A stretch of DNA of 64,000 nucleotides, taken from positions 38,440,001-38,504,000 of the forward strand of contig OX597838.1 of NCBI GenBank assembly GCA_951406725.2, read 5' to 3'. Position 1 is the stretch's first letter, and each line of letters starts with the position of its first letter. The DNA is from Octopus vulgaris (lineage: Eukaryota). The notes under the pieces are model-generated. The model saw only the letters and a program-made list of their open reading frames with translations, did not search any database and was not told where the DNA came from. A program made the translations under genes and the position numbers. Shown in pieces: positions 13,292 through 26,997 of this stretch.

Positions 13292-13696
13292 TAATTCTGG
13301 ATGTTTATATATTTTCATCTGTCTTGCCTGCTTATGTTCTGGTGCTTGCTGAATTTCTCTAGAGAACATTCTTTTCTTTGTAGTTAGATCGTATGTGATC
13401 TTCTTCTAGCATATTGTTTATCCACCTAGTGGTTATCCCTAAAAATGCACATGTATATATATATACATGTGTATATTCGAAGGCTAAAAAACAATGCGAA
13501 CGCATTGTGACAAGCGATGTGTACCTACATCTGATGGACTGGTCGGTCACGTGATCACGTGATATACATATAAATATATGTATATATATATGTAGATATA
13601 TGTTTATATATAAATGTATACATATATATGTATGTGTGTATATGTTTTGTTATGTATATGTATATATATATATATATATGTATATAGGTATATAGG

Positions 13697-13727
<31 letters not shown>

Positions 13728-13880
13728 GTATGTATATTTATATATGTATATATGTATGTATTTATGTATATATATGTATATGTATATATATATTTATATG
13801 TGCATATATATGTATATACATATGTATATATATGTATATCTATATATGTATATATGTATGTATATATATATATGTATATG

Positions 13881-13911
<31 letters not shown>

Positions 13912-14060
13912 GTGTGTGTATATATATGTATATATATATATTTATATATATGTATATATATATGTATATATATGTATATATATATGTATATATATATATG
14001 TATATATATATGTGTGTATATATATTTGTAATGTAATATGTGACAATTGTTCGGCTGTCA

Positions 14061-14123
14061 TAATATAAATCTGAGTTTCGGATGTCGAGACGCAAAACTG
14101 CTGCGGCATCTCGTCAGTTATTA
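14061..14123 (-). ncRNA. Hammerhead ribozyme fold (CUGACGA and GAAA intact, stem III decayed)
   Basis: taataa-CTGACGA-gatgccg..cgacatc-c-GAAAC-tcaga-TTT-atatta. Confidence 0.55.
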
Positions 14124-14384
14124 AGACAAACAAAAATGCTATGAAAATGACCGTGTAATAGAGGGAAAATCCCGAAAGGGGAGAAAAGAAAAAAGATCGC
14201 CTATAGAATTCGCGTATACGCGCATATAGATGCATTCACATGCATTTTCTCCCTCACACGTATATAAACCCATACGCGCACAATTATATTCATATACACG
14301 TCTAAATACGCATATGCTATATATGCATATGCTCACTCAAACTCGCGTGAACCACATAAATTCAAACACACACACCCACCTATA

Positions 14385-14882
14385 TGTTAGTTAGTTAATT
14401 TTTTGGCTCAAAAAGCAAAAAGCAAGGCCATGGAGTTATCTACAGGGTGGGTGTTCATGTAAAGAGTTCAGGCCACTTGTGGTCAAGGGAGACTTTGAAC
14501 CGAGCGGTCGTCGACATCTTCACCATCTCGTCCGGCAGCTTATTCCACGGATCCGCAACCCGGACGGAGAAAGTCCCTCTCCTTCGATTGAGTTGAAATC
14601 GTCGTAGATAGAGCTTTTCGGATTGACCCCGCAGCCGACGCTCTGGAGCAGGAGTGAAGAACAGCTCTTTTGAGAGGTTACACTTTCCGCTTATGATGTT
14701 GTGAGCAAGAATGAGATCACCACGGCGTAGTCGTTTTTCTAGAGAATAAAGGTCGAGCGTCTTCAGTCTTTCTTCATAAGACAAATGCTTGAGACCAAGA
14801 ACCATGCGGGTAGCCAGCTTCTGGACTCTTTCGAGATGCTGTATGTCTTTGAGGAGATAAGGAGAAGAGGCTTGAACCCCGT
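14385..14882 (-). mobile_element. CR1-clade LINE 3' fragment
   Basis: SPYLLKDIQHLERVQKLATRMV...YEERL..L.LYSLEKR..RGDLI...FSVRVADPWNKLP; short 3' UTR and (TAAC)n tail. Confidence 0.9.
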
Positions 14883-15304
14883 ATATGTATACGTATATGC
14901 AACAATACGCATGTACGCATATCCATACTCGCACACACGCACACACACACGTATATATACCCATACGCGCAGAATTTTGTTCACATACTCCCCTATATAC
15001 GGGCATGCACAAAAATGCAGACTGGAAGTTAATATTGAGAAAAAACATGCAAAAATATATAAAGCAATAAAGATATATGAAAATATATATAAAATTATGT
15101 ATAAATACATGTAATTATAAAATATATACAGATAAAACGCTTGTACGTGGACACAATATACAAAACACGTTCTATATGTGGTCTTGGGGGGACAAAAAGG
15201 TAACAAATATTTAGCCATATGTAGACATGATCCAAAAGTTACTCCATTTACATAATATCGAGGTCTCATTCATTCTTTTGTTGTCATACTATTACTATTC
15301 ATGT

Positions 15305-15493
15305 ATCATGATTGATCGGTAGCCACTACACACATTTTTCTCTCTCCTTGTTTTTTTCTGTGTCCCTTTCTGCGGAAGAGCGTAGGCACAAAACGTAAAA
15401 GACTTTTTCAATTCCCGAGCGTTATACTAATACATCTGTTTGTTTTGTACACCACCTGTCTTCGTCTTTTACTTTTTGCGTGAACTCTCCCCC
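15305..15493 (+). mobile_element. Penelope-like pseudo-LTR fragment (second copy 26630-26790)
   Basis: Two homologous TA-flanked copies; hammerhead-like relic cttt-CTG..GA-a-gagc-gtag-gc.c-aAAAC-GTA-aaag. Confidence 0.5.
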
Positions 15494-16184
15494 TATATAT
15501 ATATATAACTTACTTGGAAGAAGACGACGTGTGCGTTGTATATACATATATATATTCTTGTATTCTTATTTTCTTGTTTGAGTAAATTGACTGCAGCCAT
15601 GCCGCGTACCGCCTTTTAACCGAAGAAATCGATCCCAGGACTTCTTGTACATATGAATATATTCATATATATATACATACATGCATATATATATATATTT
15701 ATATGTGTGTGTGTGTGTGTGTACATATATTTAAATATATATATATACATACATACCTGCATTTTGCATGCAAATATACATGTGCACACAAACATATGCA
15801 CATGCTTTGTTTTGTGTACATATATAAATACATATAAAAATATACACACATTTCTACATATACCCGCGCACAAACGCATACAGACATTCAAAAGAAATGC
15901 GTGTGAATGTGTGTGGATGTGTGTGGATCAATGTTTAAATGCACAAGAGCAAATTACTATGTATGCCCAAAGGCAGCGTAAGGTAAAAATGAACGAATGG
16001 AAAACTCATTTGAAAATGGCGGTTTGATATTAAAATCGGTGAATAACAAGAACTTGTACCGGAAACGGAAATAGACCAGTCGCTCAGCTTTAAACATAAC
16101 ACAGCGTAAAGAAAAAACATGTATACACATGTATATATGCCAACGCATATATATATACACACGCAAACACATATCTACGTATTC

Positions 16185-16216
<32 letters not shown>

Positions 16217-16454
16217 TTTTTGTGTCTGTGTATATAAAAACACACATCTACATATACAACGTACGCATACACATAAGTTTATGCATGTATATATGTTTAT
16301 ATATATATCAAATAAAATCAAAAATAGAACACAAATGATGTCGCGGTGCACGTGTTTCAAGCTTTATCAACGAAGTGTTATTACATCAGTGTATAATAGG
16401 GCTGCTTTACAGGTGCTTACACTTATCAAGTATTCACCCTAAATTTGCAGTATC

Positions 16455-16513
<59 letters not shown>

Positions 16514-16989
16514 ATATATATATATGTACATAATATTTATACATAATTTTATATATATTTTTATATGTTTATTTCTTTATATATTTTTGCATGTTTTTTT
16601 ATTTTGCATATATATATATATATATATATAACACAGGCCTGTGTGTACGTCTTTTACATGTAAAGATATGTCTGAATGCGTGCAAGATATTTATATACAC
16701 GTATATACATATATACATGTATGTATAAATATATATATATATATTCTTTATACATATATATTTATAAATATATATAATTAATATAGGATAAAATTTTTTT
16801 CGGGAAAAAATTTTATCAATAGCCAGCATATCAAAAAATGCCTTTAAAGGTAAAATTTATACATAATTTACAAGATAAGGGCAGAATAAAAATTCTAATG
16901 CCAGATATGCCGAAACAAAAAATTGTCGATAACCATTATAATTTATGCGTCTCGAAACAAACCGATAGAAATCTCTAAAAAATTCGTTA

Positions 16990-17050
16990 TTACCGTATTG
17001 GTCCAATTTCGGAGTTAATTCATAAGAAATTTTCCCCTCTTCAGCGGCAA
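16990..17050 (-). ncRNA. Minimal type-I hammerhead ribozyme (intact core)
   Basis: ttgccg-CTGAAGA-gggg...ctcc-GAAA-ttggaccaa-TA-cggtaa; palindromic stem III ATTGG-A-CCAAT. Confidence 0.8.
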
Positions 17051-17280
17051 ATATGCGAGATATAAATGAAATACTTACTCATACCCATGGAAAAAACAAG
17101 CACTAAGTCCTGAGCAGACTTAAGTACCCCAAATATATCCAAAATAGAAAATCTTCGGCACGTCTCGAGACACGTGTGATTCGAACTAGAAACTTTCACA
17201 GAGTGATAGAATCCGGAAGTGAACACTAAATTATATATATAATTGTAAATTATATATTTAAATGATATATATATGTAAAT

Positions 17281-17323
<43 letters not shown>

Positions 17324-17338
17324 TTTATACATATACAT

Positions 17339-17379
<41 letters not shown>

Positions 17380-17603
17380 TTTATACATATATATTTATAA
17401 ATATATATATATACTTATATAGATATATATGTATATAAACATATATATATATATGAATGTATATATATACATATATATGTATATATATATATATGTGTAT
17501 ATATATATATACATATATATATAAAAACGTTGATCTATTGGAGACATTTTTGAACTAGCATTTTTGGTTATATATATGTATATACATACATAAATATATA
17601 TAT

Positions 17604-17654
<51 letters not shown>

Positions 17655-17671
17655 CATACATATATATATAT

Positions 17672-17771
<100 letters not shown>

Positions 17772-17899
17772 AAATGTAAAAACTTACTGTTGACATCCAT
17801 ATATATGTATGTGTGTTTGTGAATTATTTAGCGAAGACATCATACTAGAAATTGGATAGCAGTCAAGATTGATGTTATTGCTGCTGGCTTTGAAACCAA

Positions 17900-18366
17900 A
17901 TTGTTGTTTTTGATGGTGGTTCTGTCCATGGTGGTGGTGGTGGTGGTGATGACTGTGATGGCAGTGGTGGTGACGGTGTTGTTTTGGGGTGGAGGGGTGG
18001 TGGTTTTAGCGGTGATGGCTGTGGTGTTGGTAGTAATGGTGTTTGTATTAGTGGTGGTATCTGTGGTGGTAGCGGTGGCTGCGTTGGCAGTGTTGGTGGT
18101 GGTGGTGTTTGTGGTGGTTGTGGTGGTTGTGCTGGTTATATTGGTGGTGGTGATGTGGTAGTGATCGTAGACCTGATGGTGGCAGATTTTTCGTGTGATG
18201 GTATTGGTCATGTATGTGACGCAGGTGATCGATGGTAGTAGCATTGGCACCGTAGTCACTGGCACTTGAGACACTCCCATCTACAATGGTAGTAGCGGTG
18301 GTGGTGGTGGGCGTGGTGGTGGTGATGGTAGTGGTGGTGATTGTAACGTTGGTATTGTTTCTTGCT

Positions 18367-18406
<40 letters not shown>

Positions 18407-18430
18407 GAGTGGTGGTGGTGGTGGTGGTAG
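17900..18430. repeat. (GTG)n/(GTA)n microsatellite
   Basis: Visible repeat; another tract at 19000-19430. Confidence 0.9.
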
Positions 18431-18439
18431 GGTTTATAA

Positions 18440-18671
18440 GGCGGCAAGCTGGCAGAAACGTTAGCACACCGGGCGAAATGCTTAAAGGTATTTCGTCTGT
18501 CGTTACGTTCTGAGTTCAAATTCCGCCGAGGTCGACTTTGCCTTTCATTCTTTCGGGGTCGATAAATTAAGTACCAGTTACGCACTGGGGGTCGATGTAA
18601 TCGACTTAATCCGTTTGTCTGTCCTTGTTTGTCCTCTCTGTGTTTAGCCCCTTGTGGGTAGTAAAGAAATA
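18440..18671 (+). mobile_element. SINE family B with 14-bp TSD
   Basis: TSD GGTAGGGTTTATAA at 18426-18439 and 18672-18685. Confidence 0.92.
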
Positions 18672-19443
18672 GGTAGGGTTTATAATTCGGGTTATTTCCT
18701 GTTGAGGGTAGTTGTAGGAGTTGGTATGGTGTTCGTGCTCTTCTTAATGTTGTCGGTGGTGCTCGTAGCGGTGACTTGTTGCACTCGATCACCCCTATGT
18801 CCGCTATGCGCGAGCAAAAATTAAGGTCAACGAGTTATATTCCATCCATGACTATCCCCTCTGTGAATGTCCTCCGCATCTAACTACATTTTCTAGTGAA
18901 TGCTACTCATATTACGGGATTGTAGTGTGCGATTTAAGTCGTACTTGGCTGCTACATCTGCAGTGCGAGTGACCACTTATCTGCACCTCATAGACAAATT
19001 TTGGTGGTGGTGGTGGTGGTGGTGGTGGTGGTGGTGGTGGTGGGTGGTGGTGGTGGTAGTGGTGGTGGTGGTGGTGGTGGTGGTGGTGGTGGTGGCGGCG
19101 GCGGTGGTGGTGGTGGTGGTGGTGGTGGTGGTGGTGGGCGGTGGTAGTGGTGGTGGTGGTAGTGGTGGTGGTGGTGGTGGTGGTGATTGTTGTTGTTGTT
19201 GTTCGTGGTGGTGGTGGTGATTGTGGTGGTGGCGGTGGTGGTGATTGTTGTTGTTGTTGTTGTTGTTGTGGTGGTGGTGGTGGTGGTGGTGGTGGTGGTG
19301 ATTGTGGTGGTGGTGGTGGTGGTAGTGGTGGTTGTGGTGGTGGTGGTGGTAATAGTTGCAGCAGTGGTGGTAGCGATAACATGATAGTTGTGGTTGGGTT
19401 TGTTGCGATGGTAGTGTTGGTGATACAAATATGATAGTGTCAG

Positions 19444-20205
19444 AAGGCGGTGAGCTGGCAGAATCGTCAGCACGTCGGGCGAAATGCTTAGCGGTATTTC
19501 GTCTGCCGCTACGTTCTAAGTTCAAATTCCGCCGAAGTCGACTTTGCCTTTCATCCTTTCAGGGTCGATAAATAAAGTACCAATTACGCACTGGGGTCGA
19601 TATAATCGACTTAATCCGTTTGTCTGTCCTTGTTTATCCTCTCTGTGTTTAGCCCCTTGTGGGTAGTAAAGAAATAGGTATTTCGCCCGTCGCTATGTTC
19701 TGAGTTCAAATTCCGCCGAGATCGACTCTGCCTTTAATCCTTTCGGGGTCGATTATATAAGTACCAGTTACGCACTGGGGATGATATAATCGACTTAATC
19801 CGTTTGTCTGTCCTTGTTTGTCCCTTCTGTGTTTAGCCCCTTGTGGCTAGTAAAGAAATAGGTATTTCGTCTGCAGCTACGTTTTGAGTTCAAATTCCGC
19901 CTAGGTCGACTCTGCCTTTCATCCTTTCGGGGTCGATTAAATAAGTACCAGTTACGCACTGGGGTTGATATAATCGACTTAATCCGTTTGTCTGTCCTTG
20001 TTTGTCCTCTCTGTGTTTAGCCCCTTGTGGGTAGTAAAGAATTAGGAATTCCGTGTGTCTTTACGTTCTGAGTTCAAATTCCACTGAGATCGACGTTGCC
20101 TTTCATCCTTTCGGGGTCGATAAATTAAGTACCAACTGTGTACTGGGATCGACCTAATCGACTGGCCCCCTCTCCAAATATTTCGAGCCTTGTGCCTAGA
20201 GTAGA
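19444..20205 (+). mobile_element. SINE family B four-unit array (184-bp period)
   Basis: One head; units restart at 19494, 19678, 19862 and 20046; the whole array is flanked by AAATATGATAGT(G/C)TCAG. Confidence 0.92.
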
Positions 20206-20253
20206 AAATATGATAGTCTCAGTACTGGTAGTGATGGTGACCTGGTGGCGCTG

Positions 20254-20314
<61 letters not shown>

Positions 20315-20323
20315 ATATATATA

Positions 20324-21432
20324 TCTGGTTGGCATCCAAGTTCCCGCCGTTTTCTTTTTAAATTTTGGAATCTATTTTGTTTTTGTTTTTTTTTTTTCGA
20401 GTTACTTTTCGATAATTTAGAAAAACGAGCATTTTCGACACCTCCTTTTTGCTTTTAATCAAGGTTCTAAGGCCGCAAAAGCTGCTCGCAACATTTGTGC
20501 TGTGTATGGAGAGGGTGCCAAAACTGAAAGAACCGCTCATTCTGACAGTCCAATTGAGTTCGATGAAGAGCAATTAAACCAACTTATGCACGAAAATTCT
20601 CCTCAAACGACAAGGGGAACTAGCAGAGAAAATGGAATGCTCCCACACTGCTATAGAGAAGCATCTTCACTCGATGGGAAAGGTTCAGAAGTATGAAGCC
20701 TGGGTTCTGCATGCTTTAAGTGACAACAACAAAAATCAACGAGCCACAATCTCCGCTGGTTTTCTTGCTCGTCACCGCTCAATTCATGGACACAAGCAAG
20801 GATTTTTATACCAAATCCTTACTGGCAACGAAAAATGGTGCCTGTACATCAATATGAAGCAGCGTAAGGAATGGCTTAGCCTCGGTGAACAAGCGACACC
20901 GCGCGTGAAACAAGACATTCATCCACGTAAAACGATGTTTTGCGGATGGTGGGGCTGGGAAGGTATTATCCATTCCGAATTGCATGAATGGAACCAAACG
21001 GTCAACGCGGAACTCTATGTTCAACAGATGGAACGACTCAACATGGCTATTCAAGAGAAAATACATAATCGGCAACTTGGAGTTCTTCTGCTGGACGACA
21101 ACGCCCGCCCTCATGTCACCAATATGACCAAAGAAGCCATTCAAACGCATAGTTGGGAAGTGCTAACACACCCGCCGTAATCTCCTGATTTGGCACCAAC
21201 GGATTTCCACCTCTTTCGATCTCGTTCAAATGCTATGCGCGGAGTTTCGCTCAGTACTGGTGCACAATTGAGAGTTTGGCTGGGTCAAATTTACGGGTCA
21301 AAATCGGGTGATTTCTACCAACGAGGTATTGAAAATCTTGTTGGACGTTGGGAAGAAGTTGTAAACAACAAGGGTGAATACTTTAAAAAAATTAAATTTA
21401 AAATAACGGCGGGAACTTGGTTGCCAACCTAA
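20324..21432 (+). mobile_element. mariner (DD34D) transposon, pseudogenised
   Basis: TIRs GGTTGGCA(T/A)CCAAGTTCCCGCCGTT with TA flanks; motifs ILTGNEKW, DNARPH, HPP*SPDLAPTDFHLF. Confidence 0.95.
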
Positions 21433-21657
21433 TACACACACACGCACATACAAACATGTATATATATGATATTTATTTTTAAAAAAGTCTGTATACAATA
21501 TATATCAATGATATTTAATCTCCGATTTTGAAGCGACAATTTTTAAATATAAACAAATGACCGAAAAATTATGCACTAACCTCAGGCTGAATCGAACTCA
21601 CAAATCGTAGACGTCATGGCTCCTTGCGAATCTGATATATATATATATATATATATA

Positions 21658-22064
21658 TACTCTTTTACTCTTTTACTTGTTTCAGTCATTTGACTGCGGC
21701 CATGCTGGAGCACCGCCTTTAGTCGAGCAAATCGACCCTAGGATTTATTCTTTGTAAGCCCAGTACTTATTCTATCGGTCTCTTTTGCCGAACCGCTAAG
21801 TGACGGGGACGTAAACACACCAGCATCGGTTGTCAAGCAATGCTAGGGGGACAAACACAGACACACAAACACACACATACATATATATATATATACATAT
21901 ATACGACAGGCTTCTTTCAGTTTCCGTCTACCAAATCCACTCACAAGGCATTGGTCGGCCCGGGGCTATAGCAGAAGACACTTGCCCAAGATGCCACGCA
22001 GTGGGACTGAACCCGGAGCCATGTGGTTGGTTAGGAAGCTACTTACCACACAGCCACTCCTGTG

Positions 22065-22067
<3 letters not shown>
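21658..22067 (-). mobile_element. SINE family A
   Basis: Homology to 189-603. Confidence 0.92.
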
Positions 22068-22112
<45 letters not shown>

Positions 22113-23164
22113 ACCATATTAGTGAAAGCGCATAGATCAATGTTTAGAGCGTTGGGTTCACAATCATGAGGTAGTGAGATTGATTCCCAGATGAGGCTGT
22201 GTGTTGTTTTCGTAAGACATTGTATTTCAAATTGCTCTAGTTCACTCAGCTGTAGAAATGAGATGCGACGTCGCTGTTACCAAGCTGTATCCATGGGTGA
22301 TTGCTGGTCTTCCATAAACAACCTTGCCCGGGCTTTCTAGGTGCAATCCCGCTTCCTATGTGCAACCCCATGGTCATTAATGGTTTTTACCCACTATTAC
22401 CCTATCAACCACCAACACTCTTGAAACCAATCGGTACACAGCTGTTGCTGGAACATATTGATGCAATATTCTTTGTAATGTGTAAATATTTTCTCTCAGT
22501 AAATATTTTCTCTCCTTAACTTCGCGAGCAGGTTGATCCGTTGATCGTAAAACCTGGGGTTAGGCTAATGCAGTTGATCGAATCACCTAAAGACAGGCCA
22601 ATACAGCAAGTTAATACAAAAAAATATCTCAGGACGAACGCAGCAATTACTGACCTATCGACAATATGTACATTACGTACGGTAACTAGATAGCTATTTT
22701 AATTAAATACAACCTCAGTTGCGTATACGGGATGCATATAATATTTTGCTTTCGTTTTCTCACAGAAAATTGTCGCAAATTTGAAAACTCGTAAATCGAA
22801 AAATCGTAAAGCGAGATCTTCCTGTATCCTTCGTTTGATAAATGCTTAGAACTAAGCGCTGAACAACATGGCGTTGCAGAAATATTTTCTTCCAACGCTC
22901 ATCACATGTCACCTATGAAACACGCTACGTGTCACTGTTGACAGCCAGCCGTGTTATCGTCTCAGCATCACAAATCTGGGACTGCATTATCTAATGTGAG
23001 ACTTCGTTGGTTTTAAAAGAATTTTACAATACGATTTCAGATGTGAGACAATACGGCTGTTATTAAACAAATCTCATATAGAATCTTTCCTGGGATTGTT
23101 GGGCTAGTGGCCGGAATTTTGCCAACAAAAAGGCAGATCCTTAATAATGATGATGATGATAATA

Positions 23165-23213
<49 letters not shown>

Positions 23214-23313
23214 TGATGTTGATGATAATAATGATAATAATAATAATTATAATAACAACAACAACAATAATAACAACAACAATAATAACAATAACAACAA
23301 CAACAACAATAAT

Positions 23314-23402
<89 letters not shown>

Positions 23403-23403
<1 letters not shown>

Positions 23404-23736
23404 TAAGGCCAACAGGCCATATATAGTTGTCAGAGATCATGAAGGAAAAAAATGCTTTCTAATTGATGTATCAATACCGGCAGATGACAACGTGTCTCTA
23501 AAAGAAATGGAGAAACTCTCAAAATACAAAGACCTGGAAATAGAGGTAACTAGAATGTGGAATCTAAAAACAGAAACAATTCCTATCATAATAGGTGCAT
23601 TAGGCATGATAAAAAAATATTCAGACAAATACATAACAAAAACACCAGGACTTACCAAACACATATAACATACAGAAAATTGCACTACTAGGCACTGCAC
23701 ACATCCTACGCAGAACACTTTCCATACAATAACCAT
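23403..23736 (+). mobile_element. R4/Dong-clade LINE 3' fragment (restriction-like endonuclease domain)
   Basis: KANRPYIVV..CFLIDVSIP..KEMEKLSKYKDL..PIIIGALG..IQKIALLGTAHILR; fused directly to a long (AAT)n at 23143-23403. Confidence 0.88.
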
Positions 23737-24160
23737 CTTTTTCTTCTTCTTCTTCTTCTTCTTCTTCTTCTTCTTCTTCTTCTTCTTCTTCTTCTTCTTC
23801 TTCTTCTTCTTTTTTTCTTTTTCTTCTTCTTCTTCTTCTTCTTCTTCTTCTTCTTCTCTTTTTCTTCTTCTTCTTCTTCTTCTCCTTTTTTCTTTTTCTT
23901 CTTCTTCTTCTTCTTCTTTTTCCTTTTCTTTTCTTCTTCTTCTTCTTTTTCTTCTTCTTCTTCTTCTTCCCCTTCTTCTTCTTCTTCTTCTTCTTCTTCT
24001 TCTTCTTCTTCTTCTTCTCTTCTTCTTCTTCTTCTTCTTTCCCCTTCTTCTTCTTCTTCTTCTTCTTCTTCTTCTTCTTCTTCTTCTTCTTCTTCTTCTT
24101 CTTCTTCTTCTTCTTCTTCTTCTTCTTCTTCCCTCTTCTTCTTACTCCCCCTCTTCTTCA
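23737..24160. repeat. (CTT)n microsatellite
   Basis: Visible repeat. Confidence 0.95.
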
Positions 24161-24391
24161 TCATCAAATTCCTCAAACACTTTGTCAAAAGCGTCCCATT
24201 CCTCCGTCATCAACCTGTATGTAAGGAGTGTAGGACAAAATCCACCTAAGACAAAACCCCTTTGGAAAATAAAGGGATCCTGACCACAAAAAAACGCAGG
24301 AAATTTTTAAATCCTAATTTTTTCCCTATTATTTATGGTTTAGGAACCCTTCTCTGCGATATAAAATATTACATTCATTACGAAATACTAT

Positions 24392-24877
24392 TTCACTCTT
24401 TTACTTGTTTCGGGCTTTTGACTGTGGCCATGCTGGAGCACCGCCTTTTTTGTCAAGCAAATCGACCCCAGGACTTATTCTTTGTAAGCCTAGTACTTAT
24501 TCTATCGGTCTCTTCTGCCGAACCGCTAATTTACGGGGACGTAAACACACAAGCATTGGTTGTCAAACGATGTTGGGGGAACAAACACAGACTCACAAAC
24601 ATATATACACACATATATATATATACCTTCGAAACACGCAATGAGTCAAAAAGGGGTCAGTTGAAGAAGGAGAATGTTCTTTGTGTTGTTTGTCTTGTAC
24701 TCTGTTTCTTCGTTGTTAAAAAAAAGTCCGTTTCCTTGTTTTGTTTTTATGTTTTTGTTTCTCGTTGTGTTCTAGTTCTTTTGTGGTGTCCTGTACCCAT
24801 ATATGCATCTATATATACATATAGATATAGGTATGTACATATATGTATGTATGCATATGTTTTATTTATTAAATTGT

Positions 24878-24949
<72 letters not shown>

Positions 24950-25115
24950 ATACGACGAGCTTCTTTCAGTTTCCGTCTACCAAATCCACTCACAAGGTTT
25001 TGGTCGGCCCGAGGCTATAGTAGAAGACACTTGCCCAAGGTGCCACGCAGTGGTACTGAACCCGGAACCATGTGGTTCGTAAGCAAGCCAGTTACCACAC
25101 AGCCACTCCTATACC
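24392..25115 (-). mobile_element. SINE family A with a nested ~255-bp cassette (24625-24880) in its internal TA tract
   Basis: Both SINE halves flank the cassette; the cassette has a homologue at 58440-58728 and 59069-59093 (-). Confidence 0.85.
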
Positions 25116-25980
25116 TATATTGTTATCTTTAGAGATGGTCATATTTTTGCCAACGAACTACACGCACTGTATACTTGATATATATCGACACAAAGGGACA
25201 CTGATACGCGATTAGCAATTCAGACGAAATACTTCTTAAGCTCTCTGACAAAACGTCATGGCATCGATATTGTACTCTTTCCCCCTTCGCTCTATTTATT
25301 TTAACGGTAAGGAGATATTCATTGTATTTTTTCCCAATATACTTTATTTTAACTTTACTTTGTTGGTTTTTTTCCCCATTTTATAATTATTATTGTTTTT
25401 TTGGGGGTTTTATTATTGATGTTGCTTTTGTTCTTATCTTCTTCACTTTGTACTTTTGGTCTTTATTCTACAACCCTCTTTAAAAATTTTATTAGCCTTA
25501 TTATTGCATCTTTACAAATGATAGCTTGGTCTCATATTTTACGATCACACACTGAAGTATTATTAGTCGTGTTGTTACTTTACTAGTTATAGCTTATTTA
25601 TGATCTCTGATTACTATTTTTAAAGATTACTGTAAACTATTTATGTTTATATTAATTCGAGGCAAATCGATTCTGATACTTTAGGTTAAAATAATTAGTG
25701 TTTCCTTCGCTGTAGTTTATTTTGTATATTTTCAAATACTTCCCATAAACAATTTTACTCAAACTAGAGTAGTAATTGCTGAAGTATAATAGCAATCTGT
25801 CACTGATCACTAAGAGATAGTAGGATACCAAATTGTTTTACCGGATGTCAGTTCTTTTCAAATCCTTGACACGCGATAACACTGGTTTAAGGCTGATGAC
25901 TTAAAACGGATGACTTCGTTCTGTAATAATGCCACTTTGACCATAAACCTTCATTAATTTTCGTTGGAAGTTGGTTTGTT

Positions 25981-26108
25981 GAGGCTCTGAAGAAGATATC
26001 GTATGGTGGCGGTTCCTTATATTTACAGTTAATCTATCGATTGACTAGTAAGATTGAACAATGAACACAAACACACCCAAAGGCATATTCGAAACGGCTG
26101 TAGGCCTT
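25981..26108 (+). ncRNA. Type-I hammerhead ribozyme fold with long loop II
   Basis: gaggct-CTGAAGA-agatat...atattc-GAAAC-ggct-GTA-ggcctt; first stem-II pair mismatched. Confidence 0.6.
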
Positions 26109-26155
26109 ATTGTAAATAACTAAATATATAGAACCCGTTATGAATATCTATTGAT

Positions 26156-26540
26156 GAGACCCCCTTCGGTCATGACTGACCGTGTGATTGCACCTAGAAA
26201 GTTACCCTCTCAGGCACAAGTCCGGGCAAGATTGTTTATGGGAGACCAGCCGTCACCCATGCATACCGGCCTCCCCTCTTCACGCCACCAGTGTTATCTA
26301 AGGGAAAGGCAAAGGCCGATACAGCCTGGCACCTTGACGTCGCAGCTCATTTCTACAGCTGTGTCGACTGGAGCAACGTGAATTAAAGTGTCTTGCTCAA
26401 GAACACAACATGCAGCCCGGCGCAGGCATGACTGTGTGTTAAAAAGTTTGCTTTCCACCCATGTTGTTCTAGGTTTAGTCACACTGCGTGGAACCTATGG
26501 TCCTGGGCCCATCAAACGTCCTAACCACTGAGCCATGTGC
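26156..26540 (-). mobile_element. SINE family C with a small family-A fragment nested
   Basis: Homology to 3057-3393; 26420-26495 matches the family-A head. Confidence 0.8.
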
Positions 26541-26587
26541 CTTCACAAATATCTATTATATTTACATGTATATGTGTGTGTGTGTAT

Positions 26588-26621
<34 letters not shown>

Positions 26622-26782
26622 CATATATTTCTATTTTCTATTTTATCGCCCTGTTTATTTCTGTGTTCCTTTCTGTTGAAGAGCGTAGGCTCAAAACGCA
26701 AAGACTTTCTCACTTCCTGGGCGTTAAATTAATACATCTGTTTGTTGTTTACACCACCTGTCTTCGTCTTTTATTTTCTGTA

Positions 26783-26859
<77 letters not shown>

Positions 26860-26916
26860 AGAGAGAGACAGACAGACAGATAGCTAGACAGCTAAACAGA
26901 CAACTAGACAGACAAG

Positions 26917-26997
<81 letters not shown>

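Noticed and set aside
19494-20205. Regularly spaced repeats resembling a CRISPR array
   Set aside because: The units are whole 184-bp SINE bodies with no unique spacers, there are no cas genes, and the context is eukaryotic
20632-21432. Active or domesticated mariner transposase
   Set aside because: First catalytic Asp reads Asn, stop in the YSPDL motif, N-terminal deletion and frameshift
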